A stretch of DNA of 64,000 nt from Cenococcum geophilum (Eukaryota). The notes below the pieces were generated by a model. That model made no database searches, was not told the DNA's origin, and saw only the letters and a program-made list of their open reading frames with translations. Position 1 is the first letter of the stretch. Every line of letters starts with the position of its first letter. Position numbers and translations under genes: made by a program. Of the stretch, positions 25,045 to 38,479 are shown in pieces. The stretch covers positions 9,300,001-9,364,000 of the forward strand of contig CP158636.1 of assembly GCA_050273025.1 (NCBI GenBank). The letters are read 5' to 3'.

Positions 25045-26999
25045 TAAATAAAAGGGAGTTTGCTAATAATATGGGATATATAGTGGGTAGTATAGAATAG
25101 CAGAAAGAATTTAAAGACTTTAAGGTAGGTTTCTCTCCTATCTAGACTGTCTCTTAGATTGACTGTAAACAGGATTAAGTTTGGATTAAGCTCGGATCTC
25201 TGCTGCTGGGCTACCTCTAAAATTTCCTTAAAGGATGGAATAATATTATGGAGGAAGAAATAGGGGTTGTGGAATATAGGATTATCCAAAATGGAAACTA
25301 AAATGGGTGGTATATAAAAGGATAGTATATGGAGGATAAACGTAAGTCGCGTAATAGGATTGTTAGATTTTGTATAAAAGCTATCTATAAGGGAACTTTA
25401 AAGGAAATCCTGGCCGGGGAATGGGCGAATATAATGTAATACTGCTAGAGTAGTATATAAGCGTTAGGATCATTGTCTTTATCCCTCTTTATAATACTAA
25501 GAGAGTAGTTAGATATGTACTTTAGCATAGTAGGATACCCTAGCTGTGTTAAAGTTAAATTCCATTATACTACAATAGGATAGTTATGGCGGAGAGTTTA
25601 GCGGAGGGTCTAAATGGGATAACAATTTATAAATATATTTAGCTTAAGTTTAGGACTAAGTTATTATAAAAGAGCTCTCGCTAAGTAGGCTAGTGTATGC
25701 TGTTTACTAAGCCTAGGCCTTCTATAGTACTAAGCGTTTAGTTAGTTAATCTATTTAGGGGCTTAGCTATTAAATTTTGTTGTGCTAAGAACACACTATA
25801 TATAATTGGGAAATTATATAAAAAGAACCACACTTCCTTTGCTAATCCTAGTATAAAAACAGGATATTATAAAGGCGCTTAAAAATATCTGTAGAAAGCA
25901 GAATATAGTGCTTAAGTATAAGAGGGTGATCTTGTTTAACTTAGCCTTTTACTACTGGTTGTGTAAAAGGTGGTTATGGAACTAATTTTAATATAGTAGG
26001 TAAAAGTAGGTATATGGAATTGAGTTTAGTTTTGTATACGTGTATATATAGCATTTAGTACGCATTACACCAGGTTAATAGACGCTATGCTAACTACGGT
26101 AAAAGACTATATATTAAAAAGCTTCTCTAATTCTACCGCTGCTATAATTATAGACGCCTTAATTTTTCTTCTTTACTAGATATAAAGCCGACTTTTTTTA
26201 TAGAGGCTAATGCTTGCTAGTTATATAGAGTAGGGCGCAAGCTAGGCTAAGCCGACGCTGCCTAAATTATTTTTATGTTAATCTCTTATCGGGTACTAAT
26301 ACCTCGAGTACTTATACGCCTGTTAGACTCTGTAACTTATTTATATTCTTAAATCCTTTTTACTCCGCTCTATTTAAGTATATAATCTACTTCTTTTATA
26401 CCTCTTTAATCTCTTTATCGCGTAGAAGCTGTATACTTACCATTACCTATACTAGTTCTTCCTTAGCTAATAGAACAGGCTATTAAGTCTATTGCGTAAG
26501 ATATAGCCTTTATTTACTTTCTAACTAGTATATTTCCTGCTAGAACCTCCTAGGGCCTACTTCTATAATAACTTTAACGCCCTTACCCACGATCCTTAGG
26601 TTGTTATTCCCCCCTACTTTAGGTCCTTTTTAACAGCGTAAACCTGTATAGAGAATGTATACTACTCTTAAATAGAGCTTGGCTTTGTCTAAATTTATAC
26701 TATCTATCTACCGGCAATATATTCCCTCTCGGAGTTATACCTCTATAAAATTTATTATGTCCGGAAAGGTCTGTTAAAGCCGAACCCAGTTAAATAAACT
26801 TTAAGCTAACTTGGGATTTATATACAGGTTGGGGAGGGAGAAAAGCTAGACTATATATTATTCTATATATTTGATGCGGTAGATTATAACCAAATAATAA
26901 TATTCAGAGGCGTATTAATTAGGATCTCTGATCCTAAAGCACCTGAAGGCACTAGACTACTTAAAGACATTATATAAGATAAATCGCATCCTATTCCTA

Positions 27000-28095
27000 C
27001 TAGGTGTGAGGTTAAGGTAATAGATGGCTGGGTGAAGATAATACCTAAGTCCGCTAGAGCTTGAATAAGTTGTGTATTAGAACCGCCTCTTAACGACCGA
27101 CCTAGAGGGTAATAGAGATATCTATGTTTTCTCCCTTAGGAATTAGTGTAGTTAAATATTCTATTATCGGAAGTCCTAGTCTTCTTTTCTTTTCTTATTA
27201 ATTACTAGTCTAGACTACCTTAGAAAGAAAGTTGCCTAAAAGGGGAATATAATTGGTGGGCGCGTTTATAAATGCGTATTGAATTTCTATAGTATATATT
27301 GTTAGCATAGCCTTTAATGTAATAAAGGTAAATCCTACTTATGTCTATATACAGGCTTATTAATGCGCCTCCGTTTCCTTAACTAATTTAATATTATGGG
27401 TTTTTCCCTGTCTTCTGTAGCGGCTAGTAGCCGTTAGCTTCGTGCTTAAAAGTTCTTATTAAAGTAGACCTTGCCTTTTAGGAACTTATGATATTTTTGG
27501 GATTCTTATAACGGCTCTTTAGTTCCTAAACCATTTAGTATATAATATATATTGGATAGCTATACCTAAATATCCTCTGGGTTAATCCGCTTGACTATAA
27601 AGTCAAACGTATCCTTTAATATTAAATTTGCCGTCTATACGGTAGGGTTAAAGGCCGCTACCTAGGAAATTATCCTGTTAGGACTTAGGCTATAAATCCG
27701 CTTGTATCTTTCTTAGGTCGCCTGCTTCCTTATTTGGGTTGTGTCCAAATTAATGACCGAATCCTTTAGACTGCTAAAGAAAAGTGCTATGTTTTTTCCG
27801 AATATCTCTTGATTCTTTAAGTTTGATCTAGTGATAGTGTTTTTTCTGTTCTCTTGTGCCTGATTTAACCGCTATTTGCCCTCCTTGTAAGCCGACTCTA
27901 TATGTCTTTTTTTAAGTGCTTTAATCTCTACTGGGAGCTTTGCTATAGCCTTAAAAAGCCTTATACTTAAATCCTTAATTGTCCGATAGTTGCTTTTTAT
28001 AGGATATATGTAAAAGCACGGGATACTTTTAACAACCTATTTAAGCTTTTTAGTAAGGTCTATAAGTTGTGAGATAAATTTAGTAGTTGCTATAT
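27000..28095 (-). pseudogene. Hypothetical cargo protein, RIP'd
   Basis: Long protein-like de-RIP frame: FGKNIALFFGGPKDSVIDSDTTQIRKQATRERCKRIRSLSPDGIISWAAAF.PTVW. No domain recognised and ends approximate. Confidence 0.55.
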
Positions 28096-29804
28096 TATGA
28101 GTTAATCTAAACGTTATAAACTAGGCTAGGAAAAGGAGTAGTTTTAAAGATCTTTTTAAGGACGATTGGGGGCGGGGGCTGTTAAGAATATTATTATCTT
28201 ATGCATATCTGCAAGCTTTTATTGCAGTTAGGTAACTAGGGTAGCTAAGGGGTAATACACCTAAGTTTTATAAGCTGGGGTGTAATATATCTATTTACCC
28301 CTTCCTTACTATTTGGCGACCCTAAGTTAAGTTAAGACCTTTACTAATCTTCACCACCTATAGTATATGGCGGGAACTTCTTCGTATATAAGAATAAAAA
28401 TATAGAGTAAGTGGTGTTTTCCCGTGTTCATGCGGTCTAGTAATTCGGATTTAGGCTGCCTTTATACGCAACTTTATATTTTATATTATTTGCAGCCTAG
28501 CTTAAGTCCACATACGCTCTTATTACTTTAATAAGAATTGTTATATAGCTTAGCCTTATAGATATGCATATATGGCCTCCGCTTAGTATTTTACCGACTA
28601 ATGTATAAATAGACTATTAAAGGCCTCTAAGGACCTCTAAAGACTTTTAAAGACCTTTAAAGACCTCTAAAGGCCAGCAACTATAATATACCCGCTAGAG
28701 GTAAGTAGTATATAACCCACCCCTTCTATATTATTAATAATCTAATTACTACTCTTAGATACCTGTTCTTATAATAGATACGTTTAATATAGGCAAAACT
28801 TCGATCTATTGGGTTCTAATAGTAGGGGAAACTATCTTTAAGGAAGAGAAAAGAGGAAAGGTCTCCTATATAGGATAGAAAGAAGAAAATTTAAGAGAGG
28901 TAAAGGTAAGTAATTGCCTATATATTAGGTAAGCAGGTCCCTAACATTTTAAAGATTTATAAAATTATCGCCATTATATATATTGTGCCCGATATTCGCC
29001 GGCTTGCGGTTCCTATGCATGATTTGTTTAATTGGCTTTTTTTAGGCGAACCTAGCTACCGTAGTGGTAGAGTAATTTTGGCGGAACTTAAGTATAAGGG
29101 AGCATTGACGAGGTCCAGAGCCTGTTTCGGCGATATAGCGTTTATGGAAGGTGGAAAGGAAGCTTTAGAGTAATTGGAGATATATATATAGAAGCTTAAT
29201 AAAGCTACCTAGGCTACTACGCTTCCTTTTGTGTTTAGATTTATATACTAGGCTAGGCTAATACTTATAGCAGCTGTGGTACTTCTATATAAGCAATAGT
29301 ATCTTTTATAGTTGTAGGCCCGTATTCTAATAAATATAACTAGATAACCTAAAGTGCCTACTGCCCTCCTAAAACCGCAATTGTGGGTAACTAGTATATA
29401 AATGGCTTTCATTCCTATATGGGGTATGAGCCCATATACTTACTTGCTCCTATAATAATAAGGCTTATATAGTAGGCTGTGGCGCGGGCGAATTGCTAGT
29501 AGATTGGGGAATAGGAGAATGGAAGCTATAGGGCATTAGTTCTTGTAGGGGAGTGGAAGATATAAATGGGAGTAGGAGCTATAGGGTATAGTTTTTATAG
29601 GGTAGTAGAAAATACGGTTACTGTATACTAGATAATAATTTTAGTTTAGGATATAAGAACGGGAGCTGTAGGGGATTAGTTTTCGTAGGGGAGTAGTAGA
29701 CGTAGCTAATAGCTCCTATAGGGGAGTAAAAGCTATACGGGAATGTAAGCTATAGGGGATTGGTTCCTATAAGGCGGCGGAATACGTGGGTATTAGCACC
29801 TATA

Positions 29805-30050
29805 GGGGATTTGTTAGAGTAAGGGATTTATTAGAGTAGGGGATTTATTAAAGCAGGGGATTCGTTAGCGTAGGGGATTTATTAGCGTAGGGGATTCGTT
29901 AAAGTAGAGGACTGGATCCCGTAGGGGATTTGTTAAAGTAGGGGACTAGTTCCTATAGGGCGGCGAAATATATAGGCATTGGCTCCTGTAGGGGATTTGT
30001 TTAAGTAAGGGACTTATTTAAGTAGGGGATTGGTTAAAGGAAGGGATTTA
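29805..30050. repeat. 17-bp G-rich tandem array (GCGTAGGGGATTYRTTA-like)
   Basis: Period-17 units are visible, embedded in a more degenerate GCTATAGGGG/GTAGGGG repeat zone from ~29500. Confidence 0.7.
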
Positions 30051-30336
30051 TTCTCCTATAGCCTCTATTTAGGCGGCATAAGGCTACTTCTAATAGGCTA
30101 GGGAGTGGATTACGTATTTTATGGAAATATAAAGCCTATATAGGATAGTAGGGTATAGGGACCTAATAATCTGGCGGAAGATTAGGTTATCCGCTTTCCT
30201 AGGTTTATTTAGCCCTAGTAACTCGCCCTACGCTGTTTTATATGCGTTTTAACTAAGGCTGCTACCTAGCCTTAGCCGCCCAAATCTCTATAAAACTTCA
30301 CTTATATAGTAGAAGAGTAATAAAATATTATTCTAT

Positions 30337-32755
30337 CTACTCTGCTAGCACCTTTAGATCCTTCCTTACTTCCTAAAGTACCTCCTTTATTTAAAAAGGA
30401 AGTTTTTTATTCTTTTCCTTTCGCCTCCTACCGCCTAAAAATACTACCTTCCGTAATCTATTAACCTAAGAGATTAGTAGCTAATAGTATAGTAAAAAGT
30501 TATCACCTGCAGTCTTAAGAAAATCCTCTTTATTAGCCACTGCCCCTTTTTTTATTTTAGCTAGCTCTTCCGTATCTACAGAATTCTACTTATTAAATCT
30601 GTTAATAACGTTGCCTTTTTTATTAGGTCTATTATAGTAAATATATATCTAGAATAGCACCTAAAAGAACGACTTAAAATTATGCTAAGCTAAGTATATC
30701 TCGCCTAGGAGCACTCTAATCGCTATAAACGCTCTTATACTAGTCTTGCCCCGCGCTCCTAAAGGCCCTTTCCATTGCTCCTTAATCGCAAGATTGAAGT
30801 CGATTAAGAATGCTGGCTAAGAAGGATTGTTATCTTCCTTATTTATTATAAGGTTGCCTATTAAAATATTATATTAGATAATGCTAGCCCGCGTATATAA
30901 AGACTTATATTCTTTAATGCTACCCTCTAGTGTAGCAAGCATTGCAGCCTAAGAGCTTGCCTTATAAAGAGGCTTTCCGTAGTCCTTAGTAATAACACGT
31001 TAATATACTTAATTTAGGGTTATAGGGCGCCTTCCGCCTAAAGGCGGAGAGCCTGAATATATGCGCTTGCTAGGCGGTAATAGGGCGTTAGTATAGCTAG
31101 ACAACCTCTTTTTACTAGACGACCTATTTCTGCTAAAACTTCGGCTTTTCCTTATACTTATTTTCACTCTAGCCAGTCTTAAAGGTATTATTAAGTCTTC
31201 TAGCTTGTAGTTTATCGCTCTTATAATATCCAGCCCCTTATAGACGTTTTTATAAATATTATCTTCCTTACCGCCTATATAAACTGTCTCGTGGTAATAG
31301 TACCTAGCTACGTTAACTACTTCTTTCCCCATTACCTTACGCAGCAGTTTGCCTTCTTCCTTGCGCTACGGGTACTGCTACGAGTCTTTAATAACAAGGA
31401 GTATCTTAGAGGTATCCCCCTTATAGTATGCTTTCTAGCAAGTAGTCGCTTAATTAGCGATATAGCGTGCCCGCTTTATAGGTTTGTTAAGGATAAGATG
31501 CTTAGTCTAATTATTACGCATAACCTTAATATATCGCTTACTGTCTAATGTTAGAATAGTAGGGTTGAACCTAAGCTGCTCCTTATTTATCTAGAGAAAT
31601 CCTAATATCGCCAAGGTAAATTGTAGTCCGTTTTTATTAATATTGAATGGTGATAATATAATGCCTCCTACCCGGTTATACTCCTATAGCCATATAATAG
31701 ATCTATAGAGGGTAAAGCTTAGGACAAAGCAATGAGTGTCTTAAGTAGCGAAGACTTCTCTTACGTATTTTCCTAAATTAAACCATGCTTACGAGGCTAT
31801 ATTAATGTTTAGATTACTCTTTAGCTCTCCTAGTATAAGTATATACAACTAATAGTATTAAGAGCTTTCGCTAGCTATTGGATTATCCATAAAACCAATA
31901 TTTAGTTTTTGCTTTACTATAGACCCTTATAAGGGCTGCTTAGTATATATAATAAGCGTTTATCGTGTCTTTATAGCGGACCTATGCTTCTCTATAAAGC
32001 CTAAAAATAATTTAATTAGGTTATTAAACCACTCTAAAATATCATTTTGCTCTGCGCTTCTAGGCCAGTTACGCTAGCCGCCCTTAGCATATAGCGGATT
32101 GTCTCCTTCCTTATATTTCTTAAAAACGGCGGCGCTTGCCTCTTTAAGACCTTCCACTCCCCTAAAGAATGCTTTATATAAGCCAGGAATCCCTATATAA
32201 AGAGGGCCTAGCTCCTCCTTTAGAATATAATCTACGTATTTTCTATATTTGGACGAGTTAGTAAAGCTACTTATATTACATATATGTGGGGTTTAAATAT
32301 AGAATGGTAGCGGTCGGGGAGGAGGTATAGACTCTGTTATGGTGGCGTATACCTTTTTCTAGATAACCTTATCAGGTTTAATCCGAAGGATTATATTTAG
32401 AAGGGGCAGGAACTGCTTAATGTTAAAGTCGTCAGAACTAAATACTAAATTAAGTCTTAATAGATTAATAAGAAGGCTTTTATTACCGCCGTTAAATGGC
32501 AATAAATAAGAAGTGGGAAGGCTCTATAGAGCTAGTATTAAATTAAGCAAAATATTCTTTAGTTCTATAAGCGTTAGATAGAAACTTGTAGTGGGTATAT
32601 TAGCAATTACCTTTATTACCTATCTAGTGTAATAAGTCTAAAGAGCTAGAGATATCTAGATCCTAATAAGCTAAGTTAAATAAATCGCGAAAGTCACTCA
32701 GCCCTTCCCTAATAGGCTTCGTTTTTATTATCTTTAATCTAAAGAGATTCGCTAT
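30337..32755 (-). pseudogene. FunK1 (Pkinase_fungal, Sgk2-like) protein kinase (Starship cargo), RIP'd
   Basis: De-RIP: KRKLDIGFV..WSHILVPGELKSNP..DLGKYVREVF..FTLCGSIMRLWEYDR.GG..LGFDPTI..LVIKDSWQYPER..VVNVARYYHHETV (seen in ORF 31009-31332)..DISIGNL..FLIDFDLA..KTGTRAFMAIGVL..HDLESFFWVLFWICIHY. Confidence 0.92.
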
Positions 32756-33327
32756 TGCGGGCGGGCGCGCTAAGAGCTATATTAGGAGGGCTAATGTAAT
32801 AGGCGGGTAGGTAGGCGAGGGGAGATTAAGAGGCTAGCATATAAGGATGGTATAATAGTAGAGAAGTAAATAAGTATAGGGAGGTTAAATATATATTAGG
32901 CGCGTCTTAAAATAAGGGAATAGCGAGGGAGAAAAGGAAGTAAGGTGCGAGCGGAACGCGAGAAGGATTTAAAGGTTAAACGCGGAAAAGTTAAGCCGAT
33001 CCGACGTGGCTTAGACTAAGGCTTTACGGGGCTTAGTTAAATGCTAAGCTATAATAACCTAAAGTGGAAAGTTGCAGGCAGTATTTATTAGTAATTATAG
33101 TTATTAGCTTTTAGTTTATTTCGTAACGCGTAAGGCTCTAATGTAGCGATACTAAAAGGCGCTAGGTAAGGTATAGCTGGCGATAGCGGGTTAATTATTG
33201 GGTTAGTTATATAAGTACCTATAATTAATTACGTGGCTGATTTTAAAACGAGCTAAACCTAATATGCTAAATATAGATATAGCTAACCCTATTTTATAGC
33301 GCTTAATTAACCTATTTTTTATAACCG

Positions 33328-33610
33328 GGATCTAGTTCTTAGAACTAGATCCTTTTTTAGAATTACGCCCTTTTTATAGTAGTTAATTGGTCTACTTTAT
33401 AAACCCAAATTAGGATCCTGGTTTTAGAATTAGATTCTGTTTCTAGAATTATAACTTAAGCTATAACTAAAAATAGCTTCTCTCTTTTAAGACTATTAAA
33501 CCGCTTAGCTTAACGCTATACCTTTTTAGCTATATTTAGTACGTTTAGCTTAGAATTGGAATAGGATATACTTCTTAGAATAAGATCCTATTTTTAGAGT
33601 TATAACTTAG
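33328..33610. repeat. Three related palindrome-containing units upstream of the FunK1 gene
   Basis: Perfect GGATCTAGTTCT-T-AGAACTAGATCC at 33328-33352. Degenerate copies at ~33413 and ~33563 share the downstream TTTYTAGARTTATAACTTARGCTA. Confidence 0.6.
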
Positions 33611-36600
33611 GCTAATATTAAGAGAGATATCTGGTATTTATCCTTAACATTCCTACCTTATTAATATAAAATTTAGAGTTAACCCACACCCTAGTTACCT
33701 ATAAAAACGCTAAAGACTTTAATACCTTAACTTTAATTCTTTATAGAGGACTAAGTAAGTTATAAGGCGGCTGACTTATTACTGCTAAGCATATAAAGGT
33801 GGAGGACTTATAAGCTTACTGTAAGCGAGTTCTTAACTTTAATTTAATGTATATATAAATGATAACAAGATACTCTTAATATAGAAGTAACTAGATAGAA
33901 AAATAATACTAAGCTAAAGAAATCCTAATTAGTGCCTTAATTCTTAACGCCAGAAAATAAGAACGTAATTATAAAAATCTTTTCTTATAAGAAATTTCTT
34001 ATTTCTTTAGCTTTTTGGAGGCTCTATCTATGGTGTAATCTACCTTTCTTTTACGTGTCCCTCTTATTAATAGATCTTCTAAATAATCATCTAGCGCCTC
34101 TCCTGGTTGGTCTCTTTACTTAATTAGCTTAGGTAAGACTGTCTTGGTTTCACTGCGGCCTTTTAGGCTTTTAAGATAATTAGCATATATTTTAGTATCC
34201 TCTTATATATTACCCTCTGTATTATCGCTAATTTTATAAGAGTTGACCTCTTTAGTTATATAAGCAGGTATAAAGGACATCTACTACTGTTCTAGTTAAT
34301 CTCCTTACTTATACGGTTTACCCTTTTTAGCTATCTTAATTATAATATCTTTAAGCGGTTTGTATATCTTAGTATAACGGCGGAGGTAATAAGGATTCTT
34401 AGTATAGTATAATGAAAGTTTCTTTTGTGGTATAGCCACCGCTGAAACCTAGGTAGGATACTAGTATATTACTACGATAGGACCATATAAAGATATGATT
34501 CCTCTATAACTGGGGTTTTGGAGATATATTATATCCTTTATTATATAATAAGTAGGTAACTAGGATATAAGATACTTTACTTATCCGCTTAAGATCTTGG
34601 TATTGGAAATTATTAACACTTTAGATGGATATATAGGGACTAAACCATTCTCTGCTTAATTATTAGTATTGCTAAATAATATAGGTGTTTTATAAATATA
34701 CCTCTAGGTACTAGCGAAATATATTTAGAACCTATAACTGTATTTATCTACTGGGATGAGCCTTTAATATAGTTCTCTTTTGGTTAAGGCGAGTCTATCT
34801 TAGCCTCGCTATGGTCCTCTATTGGCTTAGGTAAGTCTATCTTAGTTTCGCCGTGGCCTTTTAATCCCCTAAAATAATTAAGGTATATTTTTTATACATC
34901 TCCCTAAACCGTATCCTCTTATATATCGCCCTTTATATTATTGTTATTTTCGTAAGAATTGGCCTTATTAGGTATTTAAGCAGGCGTATAAGGTATCTAT
35001 TTCTATATAGGGTCGGAAAGCTACAATTGTTTCTCCTCCCCGCTACTAGATGCTGTGTCTTTGTCGTTAATGCGATTTTAGGATGATTTAAGGTTTCTAG
35101 TAGGTTGATAATTAGGTATATTATCTTTAAGGCGATAGTATATCGTAATGTTTTTATAAGCACTAATTAAGGACCTATAGGTTATATTAGTAATGTATTT
35201 AAGCTTAGTTAAGGTAATATATATAATGTCTGGTATTCTTATAAAGATAGTAAGGGATATATAGTTAAGAGGTTAGATTTAAAGGTAAGTTGAATTAATA
35301 GTATATAAGAACTAGGAGCATAATGTTTATATTCTATTTCTCTTTTAAGGCGGAGTTAGGACAGAAGGTAGAAGGAAAAGGCGGAGTATACTAGCCGCCC
35401 CTTTCCACTTTATGTAGTGTCTGTGATACAATATTTAGTAGCTATAATTACTCTTAGCTTAGGTATTGTCTACGCCTAAGACTATAGGTGCCTAGAGTAA
35501 TCCGCAAGTAAGGCATTGTTAGGAGTAGCTATTGGCTAAGCTATTGCTAAATTTAAAAGGCTGACGATCCCTAATGGACGCTATATACCTTAGTAGGGTT
35601 TAAAAGCGTTTGTATAAAGTTATAAACTAGAATTAGAAGTTAACAATAACCCCTAATAACGCCTCTTTTAGTAGAAATAGTATTATATAATCTACTTCTG
35701 ACGCCAATCCTTTTTGGGGCAAGACACTGCCTAAATAGTAAACTTATCCTAGCCAGTTAATCTTATATATTGACCCCCCATCTATGGTAAAGGAGCTATT
35801 AGTGCCTATAGGATGGTTTAATTAGCATTTTAGCTAAGCCCTTTATAAGTGCTCCGCCTTATATAGGCGGTAATTAACTCCTATTAATCTGTTTTGCGTT
35901 AAGGGAGATCTTTTATTTAAGGCGCTAAGCAGTTAGTACTTAGAGGTTTATAGATATATTCTATATCCTAGTAGCATTAACTATAACTTCTTAAGTAGTA
36001 TCCCGCAACCCTTAAGTACCTATAAGTGCACTATCCCTAAATTGCTAGCTACTAAGTAGGCATTTATAAATAGAGAAACCGACTTTAGAGATAATAATAG
36101 CGACCTAAAGGCGTGGACTAGTTGCGAAAGTGACTTTAGTAATAAGGATTAAGAATAGGACGCAGAGATATTATATGGTAAAGAAAATGGTTTTAGCACT
36201 AAAGATTAAGAAATAGGGGCAGACGGTAATAAAGAGGTGTTAAGCGATAAGGCTATATAGGCGACGGTTAAATATAGTGGCCTTAACTTTATAGTCTTAA
36301 ATCTATAAGTAAAGGATAAAAATATAAAGAAAAGTTCTAATAAAAGCTAGTAAAAGGGTTAAAACTTTAGCCTCTCTTTATTTAGCCTATCGCGAAATAA
36401 AACAATATTTTACTATTTCCACTAGAGTCTCTGCCCGCTTGACTTATAGCGAGCTATAAAGTATTCGCGATAATCTATACTTTTACTTGGATGAATTTAT
36501 TTACTACCTTTAAAGTAATAAGTAAGGTAAATCTATGCTAACGATTTAGGATTTTTTGAATTTCTTATGGACCTGGGACGTATGCCACCTTAGTAACTAT

Positions 36601-36984
36601 TAGTCGTGTTTAAGACTATAGTACTTATTAATTTATATCTTAAGGATATAAATATATTATTTTATAGTGTTTTCTTTTTATTTAAATTATTTCTCTGCTT
36701 ATAGTATATAGCGGTTATTTACCTATCCTAGTATAGTGGGGAGGGGTAGTTAGGTTACATGAGGGGGCTTAGACTTATAACTACGCTTATAGGGCTATTT
36801 ATATATAAACTTCTCTAAGTATATATAAGGGGGCTTTAAGTCGTTATAAAGTCTATATATATAGGAACTTCTTTAATATTTCTAGATCTGGGACTTATAT
36901 ATTTCTTTTTTTTATAGTTCTAGTATTTTCCTAATATTTACTTCCTATTTATATGCTAGGCGTTAATAGAGGGCGCTAGGTCAG

Positions 36985-37506
36985 ATTACCCTACTTATAT
37001 AATTACCTAGCTCGCACGATTACCTAGCTCGCACGATCGCCTAGCTCGCACGATTACCTAGTTCGTACGATCACCTAGCTTATACGATTGCCCAGCTCGC
37101 ATAATCACCTAGTTCGCACGATTACCTAGCTTACACGATCGCCTAGCTCGTACGATCACCTAGTTCGCATAATTACCCGGCTCGCACGATTACCTGGCTC
37201 GCACGATTACCTAGTTCGCACAATCGCCTAGCTCGCACGATTACCTAGCTCGTAGGATCTGCCAGCTCCCACAAGCATCCAGCTCGCACAATCGCCTAGC
37301 TCGCACGATTACCTAGTTCGTATAATCGCCCAGCTCGCACAATCACCTAGCTCGTAGGATTGCCTAGCTCCTATAAGCACTATACTTACACGGTTACCTA
37401 GCTTGTATAATTACCTAGCTTATAGGATCTACTAGCTCCTACGAGTATTTAGCTCGCATAATTACCTAGCTTATATAATTACCTAGCTTATAGGATTGCC
37501 TAGCTT
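36985..37506. repeat. 17-bp minisatellite, ~30 copies (de-RIP consensus ATCGCCCAGCTCGCACG)
   Basis: Directly visible units attacctagctcgcacg / atcgcctagctcgcacg / attgcccagctcgcata. Confidence 0.95.
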
Positions 37507-38186
37507 ACCTATTAATATCCTATTTATACACTAGGCGTTAATTAGAGGATGAATAAAAGTTATATTATATATTTAGCTATAACGGGGGAGATTATCTATT
37601 AAGCACCGCTGTGCTATTACTAAGTCATATTTAGGAGCTTCTTAAGGCCTACAGTATATCTAAATTCTATATCTTAATGTCTCCTATCCTTCTTATAATA
37701 TTTTCTTGGTAAGTATCTCTTATTAAGTCTTACCCTAATTAAGGTTAAGTAGTATCTCCTTTAAATATTAAACTTTCTCTGGATTGTTATAAGCGTTATA
37801 GTAATTAATAAGGTTTTGGAAAGCCTTATCTTCTTTATTATCTATTATTAACCTATAGTCTTTAAAATAAGAGTAAATAATACTGCGTTATCTTTTGAAT
37901 TCCTTTTTCTAGTTATTACTAATTTCACTCTATTTTAGCGTTAGAAGCTAGATTAGCTGTAATATATAAAGCTATAAAAACTTATATATAAAGACTAGCA
38001 ATTGTTCTATATATTATATACGGAATATATTACTAGGGATACGATTTTATAGATGTTAGAAACGCTAAGGGAGTATTCTTAGAGCTAAGTATATAACTGT
38101 CTTTGATTAACTATATGCTATATCCTCAACCTTAACTTAGATAAATTAAAAAACTAAAAATGTTAAAGAGTGAAGAGATTCGTGTG

Positions 38187-38479
38187 AAAGTATATGTAGG
38201 TCTAAAATTGGGGGCGTTAAATAACCTAGAAAATGAGAACAAAACGCTAATTACCTATAAAAAAATTTATTAGCGGGCCATTGCGGGTATAGAGGCGTTT
38301 GGATAGCTGAGCTGGTAAGTACTAGAGTGCTAGATTATACTAATATCCTCTTAAGTCTAAGCTAAGTAATAGGCTTAAAGTATAGGGCTGTATACTAGGG
38401 CTTAGTTTTGGTCCTAGTTATGTGTAGAAGCTAGATATATATCTTATATTAACGAATAGGAGGGAGTTAAGTTATAGGG
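38187..38479. repeat. Dispersed ~290-bp direct repeat, copy 2
   Basis: Collinear with 17282-17575. Confidence 0.85.

Noticed and set aside
36985..37506. CRISPR-like array
   Set aside because: Head-to-tail 17-bp units with no unique spacers, no cas genes, and a eukaryotic (intron-containing, RIP'd) context.
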